Shown: piece after piece, positions 47,673 to 57,277 of the stretch
Layout of the letters: the number at the start of each line of letters is the position of its first letter
How positions within the stretch are numbered: position 1 is the stretch's first letter
IMG/VR virus record: IMGVR_UViG_3300013306_000001
Coordinates: 1 to 64,000 of that record
Reading direction: 5' to 3' (one strand)
Origin: a virus
DNA: 64,000 bases
Translations under genes and position numbers: made by a program
The notes under the pieces: model-generated
The model's database searches: none
What the model saw: only the letters and a program-made list of their open reading frames with translations
Told to the model about the DNA's origin: nothing

Positions 47673-48005
47673 ATGGCTACTAAATATATTTCACTCCCTC
47701 TTTACTCTGATGCTTACTATACCTATGCCGTGGCTTTACAAGATGTTTCTTACAATCTTGAGTTCATCTACAATGAACGTACACAGCTTTATTCATTATC
47801 TTTGTACGACCAAGATAATAACGCTATTGTGTTAGACGAAGCTTTAGTACCTAATTACCCGATATTCAAAGACTATGCAATCTTCCCACTTACTGGATTC
47901 TTTTGGATGGAAGAGAAAGCTGATATTATCTCTGAGCCATACAAGGTTTACCCTGACTCCATTGATCAGTATTACTCATTGTATTATATTTATGATGAGG
48001 TGTAG
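47673..48005 (+). CDS. baseplate protein
   Basis: Position; YNERT..Y.L motif. Confidence 0.6.
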   Translation: MATKYISLPLYSDAYYTYAVALQDVSYNLEFIYNERTQLYSLSLYDQDNNAIVLDEALVPNYPIFKDYAIFPLTGFFWMEEKADIISEPYKVYPDSIDQYYSLYYIYDEV

Positions 48006-48007
48006 TC

Positions 48008-48895
48008 ATGGATTTGATTCAAAAGAATCGTGAATATAAGTTAATTATTGGTAACTATCAAACTACAAATGCTTTAGAGATTGATGCTCTTCAAATTACA
48101 TTTGATATTTCAAAGTCAATGAACAATAAGAAGAAAACAAACTCCGCATCTATTGAGGTTTATAATCTTACTGACGACCAACTTAAGATATTGGATACAG
48201 ATTATCCAGCAGCGGTATTTTCAGCAGGGTATGAAGATACGGGTGGAGCTAAGAGATTATTTTCTGGTCAAGTTAACAACGTCACCACTCGTAAATCTGG
48301 TGCGGATAGAGTCACACAGATACAGATGGGTAGCGGCTATGTTGAACTAAACCATGAAGTTTTGAGTCAAGTTGTACCTCCGGGAAAGAATGTACAAGAT
48401 GCTATTGAAGAGTTACGTAAGGCTATTGGCGCCAACCGTGGAGTCTATAATGGAACCAATCTTAGTAACCAGATTATATATGGATATCCTCTTTCCGGTA
48501 CTCCTAAAGAAATGCTGGATGAGCTGGCTGAAAAGTATAACTTAAACTGGCAGCTTGATGGTGAAGTTCTTTATGTGAATAACAATGATAGGGCCAACAC
48601 TGAGAATTTCAATCAAGCTTACATTATATCTGAGTTTACAGGAATGGTGGATATCCCTTATCGCACTACCTTGAACAAAGGTAGATCCAAAAAAGATAAA
48701 GTTAAGAAGCCTGGTGTTCAGTTTAAGATTCTACTTAACCCAGCTATTACTGCTGGAGATATTATTAGACTTGAAGATACTCTTATCACAGGTTGGTATA
48801 AAGTCGAAGACATCAGGCATACTGGCAGTTGGCGCGGGAATCCGTGGTACACAGAAATCAAGGCAACAACACTAGAGAAAGTAGACAGGAAGTAG
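48008..48895 (+). CDS. baseplate hub protein
   Basis: FDISKS...N.ASIEVYNL, AGY, LLNP.I and HTG motifs. Confidence 0.7.
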   Translation: MDLIQKNREYKLIIGNYQTTNALEIDALQITFDISKSMNNKKKTNSASIEVYNLTDDQLKILDTDYPAAVFSAGYEDTGGAKRLFSGQVNNVTTRKSGADRVTQIQMGSGYVELNHEVLSQVVPPGKNVQDAIEELRKAIGANRGVYNGTNLSNQIIYGYPLSGTPKEMLDELAEKYNLNWQLDGEVLYVNNNDRANTENFNQAYIISEFTGMVDIPYRTTLNKGRSKKDKVKKPGVQFKILLNPAITAGDIIRLEDTLITGWYKVEDIRHTGSWRGNPWYTEIKATTLEKVDRK

Positions 48896-48898
48896 ATT

Positions 48899-49657
48899 AT
48901 GGTTCCAGAATTACAAGAATTTGTTATGAGTGCAATCGAATCAGAGAACAATAACAAATACACTTGTATTCCTTGTATTGTTGTTGCTGTCAGAGATGAT
49001 TTGAACACTCAGATGGTGGATATTCAACCAAGTGTGAACCAGATGTTCAAGGATGGCACTGTTAAAGAACGTCCTGTAATTCAAGGTGTTCCTGTCTCTT
49101 TTCAAGTGTCTAAGACTTCTGGGTTCACCTTTCCCATTAATGTAGGCGATACTGGCACAGCTATTTTCTCTATGCGTAGTATTGAAGCATGGAAAGGTGG
49201 TAATGGTAGACCATCAGCACCCACTAACTTCTCTAAGATGGATAAGAGTGATGCTATCTTCATTCCCGGTATCCAGCCTCCGGGTAATGCTGTAAACAAC
49301 CCAGCAAAGCATGTACTTACTCATAGTACTAAAGATGTCGTCATTTTTGGCAACATTGGTGCTGCCGAGGCTGAAGTTAGGATTCGTGCTGATGGTAGTA
49401 TTGGAATTACAACTAGCAATATGCCCATCATTGTTGAAGGTAGTGATGTTACAATTAATGCAGCTTCAAGTATTAATCTCAACTCCCCTACAATGATTGT
49501 TGATGTTCCAACTACAACTTGGATTGGTAATATCACACATCAGGGTGACTATGCCCAAACTGGTAATTATACTCTTGTTGGTGGGCAAGCTACGTTCAAC
49601 GGCGTAATTTTCAATACCCACAGACATGCACCATCCACAGTACCACCAAGTAATTAA
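48899..49657 (+). CDS. baseplate central spike (gp138-like)
   Basis: TCIPC.V, VDIQP, FPI.VGD and C-terminal HRH metal motif. Confidence 0.8.
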   Translation: MVPELQEFVMSAIESENNNKYTCIPCIVVAVRDDLNTQMVDIQPSVNQMFKDGTVKERPVIQGVPVSFQVSKTSGFTFPINVGDTGTAIFSMRSIEAWKGGNGRPSAPTNFSKMDKSDAIFIPGIQPPGNAVNNPAKHVLTHSTKDVVIFGNIGAAEAEVRIRADGSIGITTSNMPIIVEGSDVTINAASSINLNSPTMIVDVPTTTWIGNITHQGDYAQTGNYTLVGGQATFNGVIFNTHRHAPSTVPPSN

Positions 49658-49668
49658 GGAGGTGTGTC

Positions 49669-50025
49669 ATAGATTTTCTACTGAATGAGCAACACGATAT
49701 CGTTTGGCACAACGGGCCTCTTTTGAAGTCTGACACTACACAGCCTCTAATTGATACTGTTAGACAGAGATTACTTATCCTCTTGAAGACATTCCAAGGC
49801 GAGTGGTTCCTCGATACCACATATGGTATTCCGTATTATCAAAGTATCCTTGGGCGTAAGACCACAAAAGATGGTGTAGATCTAATCTTCCAAACAGCTA
49901 TCTTATCAGAAAATGGAGTTAAGGAAATTACATCCTTCTCATCCACATTTGTTAAAAGACAATATTCCATGACTTTTTCTGTGAGAGTCAATGATGGTCA
50001 GATTACAGATCCCATCACTATTTAA
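49669..50025 (+). CDS. baseplate wedge/sheath initiator (gp25-like), probable ATA start
   Basis: QRL...L..FQGEWFLDT.YGIPY; AAGGAGGT SD 5 nt before the in-frame ATA. Confidence 0.7.
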   Translation: MDFLLNEQHDIVWHNGPLLKSDTTQPLIDTVRQRLLILLKTFQGEWFLDTTYGIPYYQSILGRKTTKDGVDLIFQTAILSENGVKEITSFSSTFVKRQYSMTFSVRVNDGQITDPITI

Positions 50026-50043
50026 TTAAATTAAGGAAATAAA

Positions 50044-51489
50044 ATGGCGGGTATTTCTGACCAAGGCTTTACAATTAAAAGAATGACAGAGATACTTTCA
50101 GACTTACGAGCTGAAGCTACCTCTTTATTTCAAGATTTAGTGGAACCTGGTGATCAGGTCGATACATCTGATAGTTCAGCTTTAGGTAGATTGATATCCC
50201 TTGTTAGCCCAAGCTTAGCAGATTTATGGGAAGTAGCACAAGCTGATTATCAAGCATTTGATCCTAATTCTGCAACTGGTATTGCTCTAGATAACCTTGT
50301 AGCTCTTGGTGGTATCACTAGACAGGAGCAGACATTTACAACAGCATCTATCCTAGTTTCTGGTGATAATGGTACATTGATCCCTATTGGTAATACAGTC
50401 TCAAGTACTACAAGCGCTAATCAATTTAAGACTACTTCACCAATAGCATTATCACCTAGTTCGGCTAGTGGTATAACGTTATCCGTGATCGCTGTACAAA
50501 ACTCAAGCCTATATTCAATAAGCTATTCAAATACCACAACTACTAATACTGTTAACTTCACATCAGATGCTTCAGCAACACTTGCTGAAATCCTCACAGG
50601 ATTGCTTACTATAATTAACAGTGCACACCCAAGCTTGGATGCTTCAGTTGTTGGTAATAATTTAGTAATAGACAGGGATGATATTTTTCAAACCGTTTCA
50701 TTTTCTGTTAGTGCTAACTTATCCTTCACCAAAATTAGGACAGTTAGTGAAGTTGTATCGGACACCCCTGGGATATCTGAACAAGAGGTTGGAACTATCA
50801 ATACTATTCTAACTCCTGTATTGGGGTGGGATAGCGTAACTAATCCTCTACCTGCAATATCGGGGCAAGAAAGAGAAACTGATGAGCAGCTTAGGCTTAG
50901 GTTTAGAAACGGTAAATTTGAAAAAGCTACCAATACAATTGATTCTATCTACTCCGCATTAATTAATCTAACCGGAGTTACAGAAGTAACTATTTACGAG
51001 AATGATAATGGTACAGTAGACGCTAATGGCGTTCCTGGGCACAGCTTTTTGCCAATTGTAGTAGGTGGATTATCAACAGATATTGCTAACGCAATTTGGC
51101 AAAACAAGCCTATAGGTATTCTAAGTTATGGCAACACTACCGTAACTATAAATGACAACCAAAGCCCCCCTTTTCCTCACGCAGTTAGCTTTTCTCGACC
51201 GACACCCATTGTAATTTACATTACAATGAATATCACGACAGATGGTAATTTCCCAGCTAACGGAGAGGATCAAATAAGGACAGCTTTAATTGATTATTTC
51301 TCTCAGAATTTTGGTACCGGAGATGATGTAATTTATAGCAGGTTGTATACAGCTATTAACTCGGTGCCAGGACACTATGTTGAAAGTTTATCAGTTGGTA
51401 CTTCACCCTCTCCAACCGGCACAACAAATATACCTATTGCTTTTGATTCTGTAGCAAGTCTGAGTTCTATAAATATAGTCATAACGTAA
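50044..51489 (+). CDS. baseplate J-like wedge protein
   Basis: ATGIALD.L and G.ERETDEQLR.R motifs. Confidence 0.85.
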   Translation: MAGISDQGFTIKRMTEILSDLRAEATSLFQDLVEPGDQVDTSDSSALGRLISLVSPSLADLWEVAQADYQAFDPNSATGIALDNLVALGGITRQEQTFTTASILVSGDNGTLIPIGNTVSSTTSANQFKTTSPIALSPSSASGITLSVIAVQNSSLYSISYSNTTTTNTVNFTSDASATLAEILTGLLTIINSAHPSLDASVVGNNLVIDRDDIFQTVSFSVSANLSFTKIRTVSEVVSDTPGISEQEVGTINTILTPVLGWDSVTNPLPAISGQERETDEQLRLRFRNGKFEKATNTIDSIYSALINLTGVTEVTIYENDNGTVDANGVPGHSFLPIVVGGLSTDIANAIWQNKPIGILSYGNTTVTINDNQSPPFPHAVSFSRPTPIVIYITMNITTDGNFPANGEDQIRTALIDYFSQNFGTGDDVIYSRLYTAINSVPGHYVESLSVGTSPSPTGTTNIPIAFDSVASLSSINIVIT

Positions 51490-51500
51490 GGAGTATAAAA

Positions 51501-52244
51501 ATGGCTGAAACAAACCCGTTTCAAATTGCTCCTTATTTAGAAGAAGCTAGATCAAGAGTTACTGAGCAATTTAAAGATAAAGAAATCTTCGATAAATATC
51601 TACAACTACTTTTAAATGGAATGGTAGATATTCAGGAAGTATTTCGTCAGCTCATGCAATTAAGATCTGTTGACACAGCTACAGGTGCTCAATTAGATAT
51701 TATTGGAAATATTGTAGGTCAGCCCAGAGAGCTTATTGATACAGATCTTCTTACATTCTTTGCTTTTCAGGGATATCCTGAAGCACAGTCCTATGGGGAT
51801 CTTAGCAATCCATCTGTAGGGGGTTACTATTATGATATTAAAAACCCTTTAGCTGGTAATACATTACTTACAGATGAACAATATAGGTTGTTCATTAAAG
51901 CGAAGATTATAAAAAATAATACATCCGCCACACCAAATCAAGTCATAGACTTCGTTAAATTTGTATTTGGTGTAGAGTTAAGTCTTGTGGTTGGAGAGGG
52001 TAACGCTGAATTTACCCTAATGTTAGGTAAGAATCTGTCCTCCTTTGAAAGAGTTCTTCTTACTTATATTTCTAATTCCTCTGGTTACCCCTCCAATTTT
52101 ATACCAAAACCTATCGGGGTGAAGATGAATTTTGGTCAATTTAATTCAGCCAATTATTTTGGTTTCCAAGGTGCACCTAATGCTAAAGGTTATGGTGATC
52201 TTAACAATCTTTCACTTGGCGGTATTTATGGTCAACTTCTTTAA
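51501..52244 (+). CDS. baseplate wedge protein (DUF2612-like)
   Basis: A.GAQLDIIG.IVG..R and L.DEQYR..IKAKI.KN. Confidence 0.8.
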   Translation: MAETNPFQIAPYLEEARSRVTEQFKDKEIFDKYLQLLLNGMVDIQEVFRQLMQLRSVDTATGAQLDIIGNIVGQPRELIDTDLLTFFAFQGYPEAQSYGDLSNPSVGGYYYDIKNPLAGNTLLTDEQYRLFIKAKIIKNNTSATPNQVIDFVKFVFGVELSLVVGEGNAEFTLMLGKNLSSFERVLLTYISNSSGYPSNFIPKPIGVKMNFGQFNSANYFGFQGAPNAKGYGDLNNLSLGGIYGQLL

Positions 52245-52258
52245 AGGAAATAATTAAG

Positions 52259-53503
52259 ATGGTAGCTGAAGTTACTAAGCCGGACTTTTCATATGTCTGG
52301 TCCTCTGGTGGTGCAAATGTGCTACCAAGTGCTGTAAAGATTCAAACTGGGTGGGTAGCAGAAGTACCCCCTTTCCAGTGGGAAAATGCCATTCAGAATA
52401 GGCAAGATAATGCTATTGTACATTTATTTCAAAAAGGTATTAGTGAGTGGGATGCTACCTCTAATTATTATTTTACAACAAGTGGTACTAGATCGTATGT
52501 CCAAGGTTCTGATGGTTTAATATATGTTGCTGTCCAAGACAGCGTTGGACAGAACCCTACAACCGACCTATCCGATACTTATTGGAAAGTCGCATGGGCG
52601 GCGGCTGACAGCGGATATTTAACCCAGACAACAGCTGATGCTAGATATCTACAAAGATCTAGCAATCTATCTGATTTAACTAATACCGCAACAGCAAGAA
52701 CAAATCTTTCTGTATACTCAAAAGTTGAAACTGATGCTTTACTTCCTACGGGATATTTTTACGGCTTTGCTTTAAGTAATAATGTAACCTCGCCTAATAC
52801 AACTTTGGACGTTGGTGCAGGCCAAGCTAAAACTTCTGATAATCTATTCTCAGTATCATTGTTATCGAGTTTGACTGGGGTTATCCAGTCGAGCGGCTCA
52901 TGGGTGGCAGGTAACAATCAAAATAAACTTGATACAGGGGTGCGTGGGAATAACACCACCTACCACGTATTTGTTATTAGAAAAACGAGCGATGGTTCTG
53001 GAGATATCCTGTTCAGCCTGTCGGCCACTTCACCAACAATGCCAACTGGTTACTCAGGCTCTCGTTGGATTCATGCTATCAGGACAGACTCTTCTGGCAA
53101 CATTATTGGATTCCTGAGCCGGGGTGATAGAATGTATTACAAATCGCCAATCCGAGATATTAATCTGTCGGGCCAGACCCCTGGCAGTGTAAGCACTTTC
53201 AGTATCAGTACCCCTTCTGGGATTGTAGTAGAGGCATCCCTCTATGCTGAAATTGGTGGGGATAATACTGCTATGTATGTCTCTAGCCCCGATGCTACAG
53301 ATCTTACTCCTATAGGGTTTGGCTCTACATATGTAGGTGGTTTATCACTAAGTGCTGGTGGCGGGTCATCTTTAGAGTACACCGGGCAACAACTTAACGT
53401 TCTAACAAATACTAGTAATCAGGTACGTACTAGGTACACAGGTCAAAATGCTGTTGCAAATGAGATTCGTATTGTAGTTAATGGGTGGAGGGTATTTCGA
53501 TGA
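52259..53503 (+). CDS. tail fibre protein
   Basis: N-terminal KI.TGW..E.PP.QWEN attachment domain; NLSDL.N.A.AR.NL repeat. Confidence 0.8.
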   Translation: MVAEVTKPDFSYVWSSGGANVLPSAVKIQTGWVAEVPPFQWENAIQNRQDNAIVHLFQKGISEWDATSNYYFTTSGTRSYVQGSDGLIYVAVQDSVGQNPTTDLSDTYWKVAWAAADSGYLTQTTADARYLQRSSNLSDLTNTATARTNLSVYSKVETDALLPTGYFYGFALSNNVTSPNTTLDVGAGQAKTSDNLFSVSLLSSLTGVIQSSGSWVAGNNQNKLDTGVRGNNTTYHVFVIRKTSDGSGDILFSLSATSPTMPTGYSGSRWIHAIRTDSSGNIIGFLSRGDRMYYKSPIRDINLSGQTPGSVSTFSISTPSGIVVEASLYAEIGGDNTAMYVSSPDATDLTPIGFGSTYVGGLSLSAGGGSSLEYTGQQLNVLTNTSNQVRTRYTGQNAVANEIRIVVNGWRVFR

Positions 53504-53643
53504 TGCATGTTATGCGCAATGACGAAGGCGATATAGTTGGTGTTTTTGTTTTAAGGCAAGAGGGGTTTGCAGAAGAACAGGTTGATGATGAAGATCCAGA
53601 GCTTATTGATTTTTTGACTCCCATAAATGAGGGAATCAACTAG
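53500..53643 (+). CDS. small tail fibre assembly chaperone-like protein (47 aa)
   Basis: Coupled to the fibre stop; V.RNDEG.IVGVF...Q.G.AEE.V.DEDPEL..FL. Confidence 0.55.
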   Translation: MMHVMRNDEGDIVGVFVLRQEGFAEEQVDDEDPELIDFLTPINEGIN

Positions 53644-54518
53644 TGAGTATTATTGCTAGGTATTTTAATGGTACAAACGTGTCAGATGTGTCACAACCCA
53701 CCGGAACCTTCCCCGCAATGTCCAATCTAAACGTACCTTTCGGCCAACCGGGTATATACAATTTGGACGGGCATAACGTTGACTGTACATCGCCAGGCTT
53801 GTATAGGTTTAAATGTCCCTCTCGGCCTTACTGGATTAACAGGTTTATTGGTAAGAGTTTAAATGGTACAACTGACTTATATGCCTTAATGAGTGCAATA
53901 AGTTGGAACCAAGTGTATGGTTCTGCCCATGAATTATCTCCAGATCCAGTTAACATGACTGATACACAGTGCCAAACTATTAGTAATTCGGGGCATTATG
54001 GCAAATGGAGATTTCGTTGTGGTTATGTTGTACGGTTTCTTCTATGGCTTCTACCACAATATGGGGTAATTTGTCGTAGAGTTCAGTTTAACACCGGAGA
54101 GGCATTTAATGGGTACAGCGACGGGCACGTTGCTATTGAAACTTATACAAGTGGTAGGTGGGTTTTGTGGGACATGAGCAATGGCTTATATTTCACCAAC
54201 GATTATGGTGAGCATTTAAGTACAAAGGCAGTCATGGAGATGTTTCGTTTAAGGGTTCCACCTGGTGTAGTTAGAATGGATGCCACAGACAAATGGTCCA
54301 GTGACGCCCCAGCTTATTTTGATATGAGCGTGTGGCGTGATGCAGAAGTGCTAACTCCTGATGAACTTATTGCGTGGCATAAGCGAGTCATGCAGATTCC
54401 TGAAATTTCAAATGTTGCATGGCTCCCCCCCGGAACCGAAAGTAAAGCTACTTGGCTAGCAAGTCGTGGGGTTCAGGTGGTATCTGAGGCAACTTTCAAT
54501 GCTCAATTCTATCCATAA
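53643..54518 (+). CDS. transglutaminase-like (Cys-His-Asp) protein
   Basis: RCG, GHVAIE.Y and GRWVLWD motifs in transglutaminase-core order. Confidence 0.6.
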   Translation: MSIIARYFNGTNVSDVSQPTGTFPAMSNLNVPFGQPGIYNLDGHNVDCTSPGLYRFKCPSRPYWINRFIGKSLNGTTDLYALMSAISWNQVYGSAHELSPDPVNMTDTQCQTISNSGHYGKWRFRCGYVVRFLLWLLPQYGVICRRVQFNTGEAFNGYSDGHVAIETYTSGRWVLWDMSNGLYFTNDYGEHLSTKAVMEMFRLRVPPGVVRMDATDKWSSDAPAYFDMSVWRDAEVLTPDELIAWHKRVMQIPEISNVAWLPPGTESKATWLASRGVQVVSEATFNAQFYP

Positions 54519-54639
54519 CTTGTAGAAATTTAGGCAGCATAGGATGTGCATAAGATAAGAGAGTTTTTAAATCTATTTTTAGAATTTTACTAATATGACA
54601 AACTATTCAGAAGCTGGAAAGCTCTTGGGTGTAGAGGAG

Positions 54640-54668
54640 GCAGCCGTAAAGGCTGTCGCTTCTTTTTA
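54640..54668 (+). terminator. intrinsic terminator
   Basis: GGCAGCC-GTAA-AGGCTGTC followed by T-rich tail. Confidence 0.55.
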
Positions 54669-54682
54669 GTAAAGAGGTTTAT

Positions 54683-55111
54683 ATGAACATCAGTCAAAAA
54701 GGTATTAGTCTTATTAAGAGTTTTGAGGGATTATCTCTTAAAGCTTACAAAGACTCTGTTGGTGTAACCACAATTGGGTATGGCTCAACTGGCCCAGATG
54801 TTTCAATGGGACAAACCATCACAGAAGCTCAAGCGGAATCTTTGTTGAAGAGTGACCTTTCAAGGTTTGAGAAAGGGGTCAGTGATCTAGTTACTGCTCC
54901 ACTTAATCAAAACCAATTTGATGCTTTAGTTAGCTTTAGCTTCAACCTTGGCTTAGGTAATCTCAAATCCTCGACTCTACTGCGAAAACTGAACTCTCTG
55001 GATTATTCAGGTGCAGCTAGGGAGTTTGAAAGATGGAACAAAGCTGGCGGTAAAGTTCTTGCTGGACTAACTCGTAGACGCATTGCAGAGAGAGATTTGT
55101 TTCTTTCATAG
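54683..55111 (+). CDS. endolysin, GH24 lysozyme
   Basis: FEGL.L.AYKD.VG..TIGYG, NQFDALVSF.FN.G and GLTRRR.AE. Confidence 0.95.
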   Translation: MNISQKGISLIKSFEGLSLKAYKDSVGVTTIGYGSTGPDVSMGQTITEAQAESLLKSDLSRFEKGVSDLVTAPLNQNQFDALVSFSFNLGLGNLKSSTLLRKLNSLDYSGAAREFERWNKAGGKVLAGLTRRRIAERDLFLS

Positions 55112-55120
55112 GCATACATA

Positions 55121-55459
55121 ATGACAGACGTAAAGAATGAAACAGTTCCACTAACAGTAGATACACAAACAGAAGCTACGATCACTTCTACAGTATCCTC
55201 AACCCCTAAGAAACTGGAGATAGTAAGTAACTGGCGTAAGGTTTTACTTACTTGGAGCTTTTGGCTTCATATGGGCTCTGTGATCTTAACCTTCGTTGAT
55301 CAACTCTTGCCGTTTTTGGGTCTATTAGAACCAACGATGACAACTCAAACCTACGCCTTACTAATGTTCACGTTCAACGGACTAGGCTTGTTTGCAAGGT
55401 TTATCAAGCAACGTAAGTTGTGGGAATACAAACCAGAGGATAAGGACAATGTTCAGTAA
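55121..55459 (+). CDS. holin
   Basis: NWRK...WSFW, two TM segments, ARFIKQ; next to the endolysin. Confidence 0.65.
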   Translation: MTDVKNETVPLTVDTQTEATITSTVSSTPKKLEIVSNWRKVLLTWSFWLHMGSVILTFVDQLLPFLGLLEPTMTTQTYALLMFTFNGLGLFARFIKQRKLWEYKPEDKDNVQ

Positions 55460-55934
55460 CCTATTCTCTGGTGCTACTCTGTATATCATACTAGCTCTGT
55501 TGGCTTCGACAGCAGGATTTGGCTACCTTTCTTATAGTTTGAGCAACGATAAGGCTGTAGCAGTAGCTCAGCTTAAAGATGCTAATAAAGCGATTCTAGG
55601 CTATCAAAAGGCCGCTGAATTAAAGGATTCTTCTTGTAAATTAGACGACCAAGCAGTTGTTGAATCTTTAACAGAAAGAAAAGAAGTTAGGAATAAGATT
55701 GATAATTTAGTTGTTAAAATAAATAAACTCAAGACAGGAGTTGCAATAGCACCTTCCAATATAGAGACAAATAAAAATGCGAAAACTACTACAATTTATG
55801 GCTCTGAGTTGCTTTCTCTTGATTTGCGTCTCTTGCTCGACTCAGCCTATTGCATTGCAAGCCCCGAAGACAGTATATGTGGGACCACCGGACAGCCTTC
55901 TAGTGTACCCTTGCAAAGCAAGCCCATCAGGTGA
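55449..55934 (+). CDS. i-spanin (Rz-like)
   Basis: N-terminal TM plus coiled coil; ATG 55449. Confidence 0.7.
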   Translation: MFSNLFSGATLYIILALLASTAGFGYLSYSLSNDKAVAVAQLKDANKAILGYQKAAELKDSSCKLDDQAVVESLTERKEVRNKIDNLVVKINKLKTGVAIAPSNIETNKNAKTTTIYGSELLSLDLRLLLDSAYCIASPEDSICGTTGQPSSVPLQSKPIR

Positions 55935-56064
55935 AAGTGTAATGGATTTGGCTGTAGCATACAGCAAGAATACCGGCTGTATTGCTATGTGGCAAAAGCA
56001 AATGGACAAGATTAAACAGAACAAGAAAGCGCAGGAGGCTCTTTATAATGTCAAGCCCAAGTGA
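55777..56064 (+). CDS. o-spanin (Rz1-like lipoprotein)
   Basis: Overlaps the i-spanin in another frame; lipobox CVS|C; PPDSLL.PC. Confidence 0.75.
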   Translation: MRKLLQFMALSCFLLICVSCSTQPIALQAPKTVYVGPPDSLLVYPCKASPSGESVMDLAVAYSKNTGCIAMWQKQMDKIKQNKKAQEALYNVKPK

Positions 56065-56365
56065 TGCTAATACAAGGATGAACAACCTGATTGAGCGTGC
56101 ATGTATTGCTCTGTTAGGTATTTGTGTCTCAGTGATGTTCATTAGCTATCAAAGTGTGACCAAGGACGTTAAGGACGCTAATGATAAGATCATCCTCTTG
56201 CAAATGGATAAGGTTGGAAAGTCTGACATGCGTGAATTTGAGGTTAGAACTAACTCTCGTATGGATGCGGGCTTTTCAAGTTTAGCACAGAGAGTTGATA
56301 GTAATCAGCAGGATATTCTCAGACAATTCCAGTTTTACTTTGATAAGGCTAAGAGTGGTCGATAG
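56048..56365 (+). CDS. single-TM coiled-coil membrane protein
   Basis: GGAGG RBS, TM segment. Confidence 0.65.
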   Translation: MSSPSDANTRMNNLIERACIALLGICVSVMFISYQSVTKDVKDANDKIILLQMDKVGKSDMREFEVRTNSRMDAGFSSLAQRVDSNQQDILRQFQFYFDKAKSGR

Positions 56366-56370
56366 GGAGA

Positions 56371-56730
56371 TTGCACATGGTCTGGGTGATTATAGAAAGA
56401 TTTGTTCATCTCATGACCTTAGTTCTTTTGATATTGATGATTAGTATCATCTTCAATAATAATAAAACTGGGGATGAAAGGAATACTTTTAGCTTAAAAC
56501 TAGAAGAGTTCAGGCAGGAAAGTAAGAAGGTTACGGCAAGTAATGTAACTTATATTGAAGGTAGGATTAATACTCTAGCTGAGATTCAAGATAGTTATCA
56601 GGTAAGTACAAGTAATAAAATGTATATCCTTGAGAAGCGTATGGATAAACTTGAACAGCAGAATAAGTTAGCACCTAAGATCATCAACAATAATAACTCT
56701 AATGCAGTGATAAACACCATGCTGCCTTGA
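56371..56730 (+). CDS. single-TM coiled-coil membrane protein
   Basis: TM segment followed by coiled coil. Confidence 0.65.
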   Translation: MHMVWVIIERFVHLMTLVLLILMISIIFNNNKTGDERNTFSLKLEEFRQESKKVTASNVTYIEGRINTLAEIQDSYQVSTSNKMYILEKRMDKLEQQNKLAPKIINNNNSNAVINTMLP

Positions 56731-56802
56731 GAGAAAGAATAAAAATAAGTACTGCCCTAGCAGACATTTGAGGTTACGCCATTAACCCTATCTTAGATAA
56801 TT

Positions 56803-56843
56803 AAAAAGCTCCCTATCCAATCACGGAAGGGAGCTTTCTTTTT
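56803..56843. terminator. bidirectional terminator at the convergence point
   Basis: AAAAAGCTCCCT...AGGGAGCTTTCTTTTT. Confidence 0.75.
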
Positions 56844-56852
56844 GCCTAAATT

Positions 56853-57056
56853 TTACCAACTACTGTAGTTAGTTACATCTTTATTGATAAACAGTTCTTC
56901 ACAAACAAATGAAGTCTTTGTACCAAGACCAGTAGGAACTACTTTAAAATAGAATTCATACTCTTTTTCATTTAGTTCCTCAAGAGCTTTAATTTTCTTC
57001 CTAAGTTCGTCTACATTCTTATTTTCTACAATGTCCAAGCTTAGCCAGATATTCAT
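56853..57056 (-). CDS. hypothetical protein
   Basis: GGAGG RBS; PTGLGT...DVTNYSSW. Confidence 0.65.
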   Translation of the reverse strand: MNIWLSLDIVENKNVDELRKKIKALEELNEKEYEFYFKVVPTGLGTKTSFVCEELFINKDVTNYSSW

Positions 57057-57057
57057 A

Positions 57058-57267
57058 TCATTCCTCCAAATTAGTCGTCTTAACGCTACTCTCGAAAGAC
57101 TTTTCCAAATCCTTCAGACTCTTATTAATCACTTGTTGCTTCTGTTCAACTACACTCACACCATCTTCAATCTGAGACTTCTTCCAGTCAAGCCAGAGAT
57201 AGCCGCCTAGTAGCACTGTGGCTAAGAGGAAGAGTGTAGCAGCAATGTCGATCAATGGTCCTTTCAT
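57058..57267 (-). CDS. small membrane protein
   Basis: AGGAG RBS; N-terminal TM. Confidence 0.65.
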   Translation of the reverse strand: MKGPLIDIAATLFLLATVLLGGYLWLDWKKSQIEDGVSVVEQKQQVINKSLKDLEKSFESSVKTTNLEE

Positions 57268-57277
57268 ATTATTCTCC

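Noticed and set aside
52259-54518. Diversity-generating retroelement or invertible fibre cassette
   Set aside because: No reverse transcriptase, invertase or TR/VR repeat pair was seen.
17238-56843. Similar loop sequence CCAATCAC in two terminators (17249, 56816)
   Set aside because: Only two short occurrences, not enough to claim an antitermination or protein-binding motif.
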